From IMG/VR virus record IMGVR_UViG_3300047457_001340, positions 1 through 61,708 of that record: a stretch of DNA of 61,708 nucleotides; one strand, written 5' to 3'. Position numbers and translations under genes: made by a program. The stretch's first letter is position 1; each line of letters starts with the position of its first letter. The notes under the pieces were generated by a model. That model searched no databases and was not told where the DNA came from. It saw only the letters and a list, made by a program, of their open reading frames with translations. This document shows, piece by piece, positions 45,529 to 54,191 of the stretch. Source of the DNA: a virus (Duplodnaviria; Caudoviricetes).

Positions 45529-45639
45529 AGGATTCCTTTGGCTATCACTATTATACCGCTTTAGGTTTAGATTTTAGGGGCTTATGTGTATGTGGCTGTT
45601 TTAAAAAGGTTTTTCTAAAACAACAATGAAAACAGAAAC

Positions 45640-48600
45640 TTAAGTCCAGTAAAAGGTAGGGCCTGAACCACCGCCACCATTGCCGTCATCATCGTCATTG
45701 CTATCGCGATTATCGTTAAAATAGACACCTTGAGCGCGGGCAATTTCGGTCATAGCTGGGTTGGCGGAGTTGAGGGCTCCTTCTTGGGCGTTCTGCCAGA
45801 ACACTTTGGCATTGGCGCGGTGGAAATACCAGTACATAGCATAGCGAAGGGCGTCCATATAGTGGTCGGCTTCCTTCTTGACCTTATCATCAAGGACGTT
45901 GCCAGCGGCATCAATCTCTTTGGAGTAGATGGAAAACTCTTCGATTAGACCGGGGATGTCGGAATTGGAGGAGCGGATATCTGGGCAGATGAACAGGCGG
46001 GAGCGATTGTTGGTGCCCGGCACCTTGAGGAGGCCCTTAACTACGTTGATGCCAGCCTTCACGCTTCCCTTACCCTTGTCAATCTCAGCAACAGGGAGGT
46101 CTGCCTTTCTCAACAAGGATATGCCTGATGGGTTTTCCGAGTCGGGAAGATACATCTGGATATCGTATTTGGTCTGAATCATATCTTTGATGATCTCGAC
46201 CCACTCTGGGTCATCTTTTCTCACCATACCCAAAGCTTCGATAACATAAACATTTTCTTGATCGTCAATGGCGCAAACAACACATGTGGCTGGATGGGTG
46301 TATCCCCAGTCAACGCCTGCGATGATGGTAGTTCCGCGCTTTTTAAGTTCCTTTATGAAGGCGGTCCTATCTACCTCAAACCGTGGCTCTTCCTTGGTGA
46401 GGGTTTCCCAGAGCCTATTCCATGAGGGGATGTGAATAGAGTGGTTGAATTCTGGATACACCAAGCCCTCACTTGATGGCTGCAGGCTCAGGAGCTGCGA
46501 CAATACCCACTCATGTGAGTTTGACGCATTCACTTTGGAGATAACGTCATCAATTTCTCTTAAGATGGGTGACTCTGAGGTCTGATGGCGAGCCCTGCCT
46601 TGGCAGTATTGTAAAAGCGGGCATTTTAGGCAGCCGCTCATCGTTTCTGTGGTGCGCTCAAATCCGTCCTGTTCAGAGGGCTTGAGTTGAGAAAACTGCT
46701 CATCTGTGTAGGCCAGACCCTTGATGATATTGATGTTCATTGGGGCTGGGGTGGTGCCAGATCTTTCTGGTGGGCACTTTTTCATACAGTCAATCGTGGT
46801 CCAATTGACGATTTGAATCCCAGACTTGTGGGCGTTTTTGATCTCTTGCTCAGCCAAGGACGAGCCATTCTGGCGGGAGGTGATTTTAACAATCACCGCA
46901 GGCTTGCCGTTCAGCTTATGTGTTCCCGGCACCCCTGACAAGTCGCGATAGGCTTTGATCTGCTGAGGGTCCATCGAAGATGTCAGCTCGTCCACAGAGA
47001 CAAGGGGGTAGTGGGCTCCTTGCACAGCTTTAGGGGTCAGGGAGATAATTTCAAGTCCCACGTTCTCGTTTGAGACATTGAGCTGAATCACACTTTGGTT
47101 TTCCTTGGTGAGGGCTGATCTTAAGATGGGGTGCTTCAGTATGAAGGCTTGTAAATACTCTCGGGCGCGGAGGGCCTGAGGCTTGGTCATCGCGCTATGG
47201 AGAGCCGATCTTTGGTCATGGAGCATGGCCAATAAATCTATGACGCTAAGGGAGAGGGTATTGTGGCTGATAAAGCCGTTTGACCAGTAAGCATGGCTGT
47301 CGGTTACTTCTAAGTCGTAGAAGTAGGCCCTTTCATAGGTGATCGAAACAACCCTATCTACAGCATATCTTTCAAGGTTTTCAATCCAATCTGGGGTTTT
47401 TATTGAGAGCGCCTTTTTTACCCAATCAGGCTTATGGCAATTAGGGCCCTTCCAAGAAGTAGCTGAATATTTAAGGCCATTAATCGCGTTTCTTTGGTTG
47501 ATTATCTTTTCTCTTGAAATAGACTCATATTTATTAACATGAGACATTTTTACATAGGAAAGCCTGACGCCCTCTGATGGGCCAGCTTTTGGCGATCTAA
47601 GCCCACTAATTTGATCAATCCATGGCTTTAGGTCTTTTGATGGAATTGGATGAGCCTGAGTTGGCTTTTCTCTTACAATGTTCCTGATTTTAGTTCTTGG
47701 ACCTACACTGACAAAAGTTTCAAGCCCAATATCCAAAAGCCTTTGCATTCCCAGACCATTGACTATTAAACTATATGGTTGCTGGTATTTTTCTAAAAAC
47801 TCTTTGGTTACGGTTGTTTTTCTTATGTATGAATACACTCCAAGGGAGGCCAAAATGGACTGACAATCCTGTAAGAGCTTGGGATTGCTTTGATAAAAGA
47901 GCATGTGGCCATTTTGAAAACCACCATCAGTATCATAGAAACCAGCAATAAAACCGAGCATTCTTGACGGGTTCTCATATATAGCTTCTGGCGCACGCTT
48001 TTCTGTGGACTTACAACTTTTAAATCCCAACTTTCTTATTGCATCACATGCTTTTTTGTTGGTTATTCTGTAAGTACATTTTTTGTCAAAGCCTATTTTT
48101 GTGTCTACCGGCAGATATCTACAAGCCAAAAGTTCCCATCTTTTCAGAACTTCTGGGTCTATATTAGAAAACATTATTGTATTATGGTTATCCATCAAGG
48201 AGAGGCCGCCATCTCCGGTCATAAGGCCGCAAAAATAACCCAAATCGTAATCGTATTTATTTATCTCCAATTCACCTTGCGGTAGTGAAACAATGACGTT
48301 ATCACCATCAGATAGGTCTTTAATGTGTTTCCAGATGACCTCGCCGCCCTCTAATACCTGAACCCTGTGTTTTAGGCTTCCTGTTAGGCTTCTGCCAGAA
48401 GCAGTTTTGACGGTCACACCATCCAAATACCCCTCGTCAAACGTATTTATGACGGTTTGGTATTTATTTCCATCCCAGACCCTGTCTCCAACCTTGATGT
48501 CCTCAATTTTAGCTAACCCCCTATCAGTCATGATGAGAGTTCCTTTACGGCAGCATTTCCCGGAATCTCTACCACTGAGACTCATAACATGAAATGGTTT

Positions 48601-48792
48601 CCCATCCATGATAGCTCGATACACCTGCCAGACGAAATCCAGGGGGTTGGAGTTGGCCCACTGAGTAACTGTGCAATCAGGTAGGGTGAATCCTAAGAAA
48701 TGCTGAATCCACGCCTGCAAATGCTCCTTATCTGCGATAGGAGTCATCAAGAGCGTAGCTTCGTTGAGTTGCACTTCGGGCTTTTTACTCAA
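45640..48792 (-). CDS. terL: Terminase large subunit with intein
   Basis: SGRDSGK|T, VDE, GLVYPEF, GVDWG..HP, DH..DALRY. Confidence 0.93.
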   Translation of the reverse strand: MSKKPEVQLNEATLLMTPIADKEHLQAWIQHFLGFTLPDCTVTQWANSNPLDFVWQVYRAIMDGKPFHVMSLSGRDSGKCCRKGTLIMTDRGLAKIEDIKVGDRVWDGNKYQTVINTFDEGYLDGVTVKTASGRSLTGSLKHRVQVLEGGEVIWKHIKDLSDGDNVIVSLPQGELEINKYDYDLGYFCGLMTGDGGLSLMDNHNTIMFSNIDPEVLKRWELLACRYLPVDTKIGFDKKCTYRITNKKACDAIRKLGFKSCKSTEKRAPEAIYENPSRMLGFIAGFYDTDGGFQNGHMLFYQSNPKLLQDCQSILASLGVYSYIRKTTVTKEFLEKYQQPYSLIVNGLGMQRLLDIGLETFVSVGPRTKIRNIVREKPTQAHPIPSKDLKPWIDQISGLRSPKAGPSEGVRLSYVKMSHVNKYESISREKIINQRNAINGLKYSATSWKGPNCHKPDWVKKALSIKTPDWIENLERYAVDRVVSITYERAYFYDLEVTDSHAYWSNGFISHNTLSLSVIDLLAMLHDQRSALHSAMTKPQALRAREYLQAFILKHPILRSALTKENQSVIQLNVSNENVGLEIISLTPKAVQGAHYPLVSVDELTSSMDPQQIKAYRDLSGVPGTHKLNGKPAVIVKITSRQNGSSLAEQEIKNAHKSGIQIVNWTTIDCMKKCPPERSGTTPAPMNINIIKGLAYTDEQFSQLKPSEQDGFERTTETMSGCLKCPLLQYCQGRARHQTSESPILREIDDVISKVNASNSHEWVLSQLLSLQPSSEGLVYPEFNHSIHIPSWNRLWETLTKEEPRFEVDRTAFIKELKKRGTTIIAGVDWGYTHPATCVVCAIDDQENVYVIEALGMVRKDDPEWVEIIKDMIQTKYDIQMYLPDSENPSGISLLRKADLPVAEIDKGKGSVKAGINVVKGLLKVPGTNNRSRLFICPDIRSSNSDIPGLIEEFSIYSKEIDAAGNVLDDKVKKEADHYMDALRYAMYWYFHRANAKVFWQNAQEGALNSANPAMTEIARAQGVYFNDNRDSNDDDDGNGGGGSGPTFYWT
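47260..48555 (-). mobile_element. Intein with LAGLIDADG endonuclease in the TerL Walker A
   Basis: CCRKGT...GFISHN|T; CGLMTGDG and IAGFYDTDG. Confidence 0.93.
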
Positions 48793-49397
48793 GTAGCCTC
48801 ACCCCTCATCTTTCTTAAGAGAGCCTCTTTTACATCCTGCTGGTTCACTTCAATAATCTCGGGCTGTTCAACTACAACGGTTTTAAGCGGGGTTGCAGCC
48901 ACTTCGTCTCCACCCTTTTGTGTCTTGGGTGTGGTGAGTTCGGTGAGAAGCTGGATGAGCGATGAATACTGGTGTAGGCTTGCTGGCAGGCACTTGGGTC
49001 TTTCTTCTCGATCTGGGGCTGCCAAAAACCTCATGATCTCTTGCTTCCATGCTACATGGGTGGCTGTCAAAAGATCAGACAGAAATCGAATGCTCTCGGC
49101 CTTCACTGCCATAGCAGACTGCAACACTTGATCGGTGACACCCCTTCTGTATTTTTCACGCAGAAGGTCCCAATCATACTTCATCTTGGCCCAAAGAAGC
49201 AGCGGAAGCTCATATTCAGGGAAGAAGCGATTGATGTCTTCGCAACTATAGCCCTGCATATAAAGAACCGACAGATGCTCTGCCTTGACCTTGTGCAGAC
49301 CGGGCTTACCTCTGTCCATCCAGTTCTGGATGAGTTTGGCCTCGTCTTCGGACAGGCCTTTTTCTTTCATAATTTCTAGTTCAGTTGACATAAACAT
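48789..49397 (-). CDS. Possible terminase small subunit
   Basis: HTH-like LY.QG.S..DI...KYDW; coupled to terL. Confidence 0.45.
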   Translation of the reverse strand: MFMSTELEIMKEKGLSEDEAKLIQNWMDRGKPGLHKVKAEHLSVLYMQGYSCEDINRFFPEYELPLLLWAKMKYDWDLLREKYRRGVTDQVLQSAMAVKAESIRFLSDLLTATHVAWKQEIMRFLAAPDREERPKCLPASLHQYSSLIQLLTELTTPKTQKGGDEVAATPLKTVVVEQPEIIEVNQQDVKEALLRKMRGEAT

Positions 49398-49827
49398 GCA
49401 CCTGATACGATGGGGGCAGATATTGCTTTGACAATGCCTCTATGTTTTTCTCAATCATTCCGGGGATTGGGGCACCAAGCTTCACCAGCGCCAAGATCTT
49501 CAGCTTATTGAAGATGCCTCCACTGGATTGCGCCCTGAGGATGGAGGAGTGGCGGTTTGCTGCCTTGGTCTCCAGCTCCACCTTGAAAGTAACGGACGGC
49601 CTTACCTGGGAGTCTTCTGAGCCGGGGAAGAATTCGATGGTAGCTCCCTTGACATGGGGCTGCATGTAGGCGTACCCCAAAAGAGTTTGAATGGTGGTTT
49701 CGCTTGGAATCCCCATCGTCAGAAGCCACTGATCTGCTAAAAAGAGTTCATTCAGCGAGGAGTTGTTCGATTGCGGAGACAAGCCGCTTAGGCTCAGTTC
49801 TCCACTTCCTTGAATGTACGAATTCAT
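49381..49827 (-). CDS. Hypothetical protein
   Basis: ORF; start uncertain. Confidence 0.55.
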   Translation of the reverse strand: MNSYIQGSGELSLSGLSPQSNNSSLNELFLADQWLLTMGIPSETTIQTLLGYAYMQPHVKGATIEFFPGSEDSQVRPSVTFKVELETKAANRHSSILRAQSSGGIFNKLKILALVKLGAPIPGMIEKNIEALSKQYLPPSYQVHVYVN

Positions 49828-50755
49828 GCACCTTCTCCTTCTGGGTCTTGGCACTGGCTCCGGCAAGCACCTTATCTGGTTTTACCGTTGTCAGTGCGTC
49901 CACCACACGCTTTGCGCTCTTCTTGAGACTCATAACGCTTGAATTCTTCCAGAAATCAGCTATCTCTGCTGGTGTTGCCGTCGCAATAAACTTAATGTTC
50001 ACACTGCTCAAGTCGTTCTCAGTGGCGTTTTCAGCAAATGAGATGAGGCTTTCGATCGACCCCTCAACATTGACGAATATGGGCATTTTAAACTTATGCT
50101 TCTTCATTACAGTATAGCCGTCTGTTGCTAGATCGATGGCATAAACCCCTTTATCTTCGCCAGCATCAGCAAAGGTGTGTTGGTATGGGGTGCCCGGATA
50201 CCAGATTTTGTCTATCTTTTGTTCAGTGTGGATGTGACCTGAGATGACAGCCGACAGATGCTGGATAGACTCGGTGGGGACACCGTGGGGGTCAAAGAAG
50301 CCGTTGACGAATTGAACGCCATTAAAGGACTGGTGACAGAATAGGACAGAGCCTTCTGGCACGGCTTTGGCGATGGCCGAAAACTCATCCACACTTCTGA
50401 CAAATGACATATAGTAGATACCATTGATTTCGGTGAGGTTGTCCACCACGGTGACATTGGGGTAGGACTTGAAAGCCTCCATGGCATGGGTTCCGCCTGT
50501 TTCCCCTGCCATATCGTGGTTGCCTACTAGGAGGACAACCTTGGTGTAGTGCCCTGCGTTAAGGAGAAAGTCGCTCCAAAGGGCCAGCACTTCGGAACGA
50601 ATGACGGCAAAAGAATCAAACTGGTCACCGAGAAGAATGACCTGCTTGGGCTCTTCTTCCCTGATAAGCCCAAGCAGTTGAAGCAGAAACAACTCTCCCT
50701 CTTGGAGAGAGTTGATCTTAATATGCGGATCTCCTACTAGCAAGGTTTTATTCAC
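49748..50755 (-). CDS. sbcD: SbcD/Mre11/gp47-like nuclease
   Basis: GDPH, GDQFD, GNHD, HQ, SGHIH, YPGTP. Confidence 0.9.
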   Translation of the reverse strand: MNKTLLVGDPHIKINSLQEGELFLLQLLGLIREEEPKQVILLGDQFDSFAVIRSEVLALWSDFLLNAGHYTKVVLLVGNHDMAGETGGTHAMEAFKSYPNVTVVDNLTEINGIYYMSFVRSVDEFSAIAKAVPEGSVLFCHQSFNGVQFVNGFFDPHGVPTESIQHLSAVISGHIHTEQKIDKIWYPGTPYQHTFADAGEDKGVYAIDLATDGYTVMKKHKFKMPIFVNVEGSIESLISFAENATENDLSSVNIKFIATATPAEIADFWKNSSVMSLKKSAKRVVDALTTVKPDKVLAGASAKTQKEKVHEFVHSRKWRTEPKRLVSAIEQLLAE

Positions 50756-51852
50756 GATTTTTTATCCAAATCGTAGATAGCGGACACGAGCTTGCGCTGC
50801 AGTTCGGGCGAAGACTCGATTTCCGCGACAGCATTGGCAAATCCCACCCACTTCTTGTCACCGAAGACCCATTGTGCTGCAATCGGGGCACCCTTGTCGT
50901 TCAGTGGGTGGTAGATGACACCCAGATTGGCGGCGAGCTTGGCCACTTCCATGCCCGTATTGACGACACCCTTTTGGTAGTCGATCTGAAATTCGGCTTC
51001 ACGGAATGGATTGTCCAGATTCGCCTTATCGACGCGAACGCGCACAGTGTGGCCGCGCTGAACAGGTAGTTCACGGATGGAACTCATGGTTTCATCAAAG
51101 ATTTTCGAGTCCTTAGACTCCACTCGCTCCACCAAAGCCATGCATTCTGCAAAGTGCTTTAGGGCCTGCCCTGAGGGCACAATCCACTTTTTGTTCTGGT
51201 ACTTCACCTCATCTGGGTTCATGTTCATATTGACCTGCTGAACCAAGAGGGTAAGGATGTCGTATTTACGAATAATAGGCAAAAGAGAGCGGAGGGATGG
51301 GTTCAGGTACTTGGAAATGTCTCCCATGAAGTCCTTCTCAACAGACTCTGCCGCCTGCTCTTTAGGGCCCTGAATTCCCTTAATGGAGTCAATGACCAAA
51401 CCCTTAAATGGAGCACCCTGCTCTAACATGAATCTCAAGCCCGGAGAGCCCTTGGAGCCATCTGAGTTGGTAAACTTCTCATCTGGGGAAGCAATCCAGT
51501 CAAACACATCATGTAGGGTGTTCACTTCGCGAATAACAAGGCGGTCTGGGTCCACCCCCAGTGCCTTCAGGCGATCTGGGTTGGGGGCACGCATCTCTGT
51601 AGAGATTAGCACCGCCAAAGCCTCCGGGTCTCTCTGATGAAGAGAGCCGATTGCCATCATGGAAATCAACGACTTACCTGACCCTTCTGGTCCATAAAGG
51701 ACTGTGGAGTAGCCGGTGGTTAAGCCGCCTGAAAACGCCCAGTTAAGGCTTGGGGAAGAAAACTGCACCCGTGGCTTAACAACCACCTCTGATGCTTTGA
51801 CATTCTTTTCGTCTTTGAGCATCATGCTCATCCATTTATTAGTTTCTGCCAT
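50752..51852 (-). CDS. recA: RecA/UvsX-like recombinase
   Basis: YGPEGSGKS, LGVD, VIDSI, SG.ALKH. Confidence 0.9.
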   Translation of the reverse strand: MAETNKWMSMMLKDEKNVKASEVVVKPRVQFSSPSLNWAFSGGLTTGYSTVLYGPEGSGKSLISMMAIGSLHQRDPEALAVLISTEMRAPNPDRLKALGVDPDRLVIREVNTLHDVFDWIASPDEKFTNSDGSKGSPGLRFMLEQGAPFKGLVIDSIKGIQGPKEQAAESVEKDFMGDISKYLNPSLRSLLPIIRKYDILTLLVQQVNMNMNPDEVKYQNKKWIVPSGQALKHFAECMALVERVESKDSKIFDETMSSIRELPVQRGHTVRVRVDKANLDNPFREAEFQIDYQKGVVNTGMEVAKLAANLGVIYHPLNDKGAPIAAQWVFGDKKWVGFANAVAEIESSPELQRKLVSAIYDLDKKS

Positions 51853-51903
51853 ATAATCTCCTCAGTCTATTGTACCGATTGAAAAATGTTCCACGGGGAA
51901 CAT

Positions 51904-52104
51904 TTAGGTTTCTTTGTATTTCTTAACTGTTTCAATCACTTCTACGGTGTAATCTTCATCGGGCACAGGTTCAATGGCATAAATGCCGTATGGGCCCATG
52001 ATCTGCAAACGGACGCCCACAGCATCGTCATATTGACGAATACGATACTGAAGATCGTCTTTAATATGATCAAACAACGATTTAGGCACTTTGACTGTCA
52101 TCAT
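51904..52104 (-). CDS. Hypothetical protein
   Basis: 66-aa coupled ORF. Confidence 0.5.
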   Translation of the reverse strand: MMTVKVPKSLFDHIKDDLQYRIRQYDDAVGVRLQIMGPYGIYAIEPVPDEDYTVEVIETVKKYKET

Positions 52105-52625
52105 TGCGAATCCCTCCCGCTTGGAAGTGCCACGGTAGAGCCTCTTGGATCTCTCATGGAATCAAAGATCTTTTTGGCGTCATCGTGGGCAGCTTGGAAC
52201 TTATCCACCTTATTTCCCATGAGGGTCACCAGTGCCCTGTAACAATCCTCTTTAGCCTTAGACTCTTTGTAGGAGTGGTCGGTTTGGGCGAATTGTTTGC
52301 GGATTTCATCAGTCAGCTTTAAGCCCCTAGCCTTGGCGTAGTCTTCGGCCTTTTCTAAGTAGGCAATGGCATACTTTTCTTTGGCCTCATTCTTAGCTTG
52401 TTCAAAATCAAAGAGCACTTTGGCATAAAAGCCTGATGCTAGTTCCTTGGCCTTGAGGAATTCCCGCATATAGAAAGCGCCATTAATCTGGTTGATGTTG
52501 GTGATTTCTTCAACCAGCTTTTCATATTGATAGATGTCCGTCATATCCATGGGGACTGGGAATGCGGACTCGTGCCTATAAACAGGGGCCAACTCTTGGT
52601 TGGCCCCGTAATTGTTATTGTCCAT
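52101..52625 (-). CDS. Helical protein, possibly UvsY-like recombination mediator
   Basis: Helical, lies between SSB and RecA. Confidence 0.4.
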   Translation of the reverse strand: MDNNNYGANQELAPVYRHESAFPVPMDMTDIYQYEKLVEEITNINQINGAFYMREFLKAKELASGFYAKVLFDFEQAKNEAKEKYAIAYLEKAEDYAKARGLKLTDEIRKQFAQTDHSYKESKAKEDCYRALVTLMGNKVDKFQAAHDDAKKIFDSMRDPRGSTVALPSGRDSQ

Positions 52626-52647
52626 TTCTTCTAATCTCTAGGGGGGA

Positions 52648-53568
52648 TTAGCTTTTGTTGCCGCCCATGAGGGCGCGAAGGCGGTCCAGCTCAGCCTTGC
52701 GCACCGTTCCACCCTCAGCCGACTGGGCCTTAGGGGCTGCGGCTGCGGGGGCTTGCGTTTCGGTCGCCGTGGCGACCGATTGCGGGGTAGATGGAGCTTC
52801 GCTGGTATCGTCTGAATCGTCTGAGGATTCAGTGGTGGAAGAGGCTGCGTTCTCCATTGGCAGAGGGATTCCACGCAGGTAGTCAGACAATTGTTTGGCG
52901 GTGAACTGCTTGATATTCAAGCCTTCTGCCGTATAGATGTTGGTGGCCGAAGACTTGTAGAGGTTCATGGTCTCGTCTGCAACTGGGGTATGGTCGCGTT
53001 GGTCGGTCTTAGGGTCACGGCGGTAGTCTACGCGCACCGAGTCACGGCCAAAGCCCTGTTTGGTAAACTCAAACCAGACGCCAGTCGTTGGACTGATCGG
53101 GTCAAAGCCCTTTTTGGTGACAGAGTCTTGAAGGAGGGTTTCGACCTGCTTAGACACTGTAGAGGAGAGCTTCAGGATAACGATTTCATTTGAGGCGTTC
53201 AGAGCGTTGTAGTAGACATGACGAGCGGCTCTCAGGGCTTCTTCGGACTCTTTTAGGCGATCTTGAAGAGCTTTGTCCCCAGTCTCTTTGGCGCGTTTTT
53301 GCTCTTCTTCCACCTCTTTGTGGGCGTTACAGACTGGGCAAAACTTCTCTTTATACTGAGTACATTCGGTCTGAAGCTTCTTTCCATTGGGGCCCAAGAG
53401 CCAGTGAACAGCCCAGAACTTGGAGATTTGGCGGGTGCTTGCAACAGCAGAGGGCAGGATGCGGTAGGAGGACACTCCCGGCTTGATAGTTTCTGACTTG
53501 GCGTAGGTCTTTTTGTTACCGCGATTGACGATGGCATTAAGGTCGAATGACAGATTTTCTACAGACAT
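52648..53568 (-). CDS. gp32-like single-stranded DNA-binding protein
   Basis: RILP, HW, C...CPVC, DP....G..F...K.G.G; acidic tail. Confidence 0.8.
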   Translation of the reverse strand: MSVENLSFDLNAIVNRGNKKTYAKSETIKPGVSSYRILPSAVASTRQISKFWAVHWLLGPNGKKLQTECTQYKEKFCPVCNAHKEVEEEQKRAKETGDKALQDRLKESEEALRAARHVYYNALNASNEIVILKLSSTVSKQVETLLQDSVTKKGFDPISPTTGVWFEFTKQGFGRDSVRVDYRRDPKTDQRDHTPVADETMNLYKSSATNIYTAEGLNIKQFTAKQLSDYLRGIPLPMENAASSTTESSDDSDDTSEAPSTPQSVATATETQAPAAAAPKAQSAEGGTVRKAELDRLRALMGGNKS

Positions 53569-53592
53569 TTTATTTCTCTCTTTCTCTTTTCT

Positions 53593-54075
53593 TTATACGG
53601 ATTCAGATTCGGTTTGTTTTTCTTCTTTAGTTTCTTTGGTTTTCTTCTTTTTGGTCTCATTAACAGCTTCAATAGTGACCTGTGCAACTCCATCCAGCTC
53701 ATCAATCAGTGATTTTGTCAGTTCTTCATTTGCAACGTAAATCCCAAAATTCTCATCTTTAGAGCTTTGAATCTCCTGCGAGATGAGCTTTGAAATCCAC
53801 TGTCCGCCATAGACTGCTTTGCCGATGGCATCAAATGCCTCAGCAGCTTGGTCTAAAGATGACACTTCTTTGCCGCTGTGCTTGGTGACGGCAACGGCCT
53901 TAAACTCGACTCGTTGAATAAAACGACGGACATGCTCGTCGGTGATACGCATGGTATCAAACTCTTCGTCAGTCTTTCTCAAGATGGCCTTGGAAAGGTC
54001 TCTTAAGATCTCATAATCAAGCATTTTCAGGCTTTTGGTTTGGGCTTTATTTGGATTAATCGTTAGTTTTTTCAT
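53593..54075 (-). CDS. Hypothetical protein
   Basis: Start MKKLTIN with GGAGG RBS. Confidence 0.7.
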   Translation of the reverse strand: MKKLTINPNKAQTKSLKMLDYEILRDLSKAILRKTDEEFDTMRITDEHVRRFIQRVEFKAVAVTKHSGKEVSSLDQAAEAFDAIGKAVYGGQWISKLISQEIQSSKDENFGIYVANEELTKSLIDELDGVAQVTIEAVNETKKKKTKETKEEKQTESESV

Positions 54076-54087
54076 AAATTCCTCCCT

Positions 54088-54158
54088 TAAAAAGGGACAG
54101 GTGGAAGGCCCGGTTGGGGGAGGGTAGGAATGAGGTCCGTTGCCGCCCACCTGTCATG
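54088..54158 (-). ncRNA. Putative structured small RNA or 5' leader
   Basis: GACAGGTGG/CCACCTGTC stem extended by GGC/GCC and CGG/CCG, C-rich loop, U tract, promoter motif directly upstream. Confidence 0.45.
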
Positions 54159-54191
54159 TAGGGTTATACCGATTCAGGTATCCCCACGAAA

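Noticed and set aside
19249-50755. sbcC and sbcD about 28 kb apart as a sign of misassembly
   Set aside because: Both are coupled to their neighbours, and the promoter motif is uniform across the window
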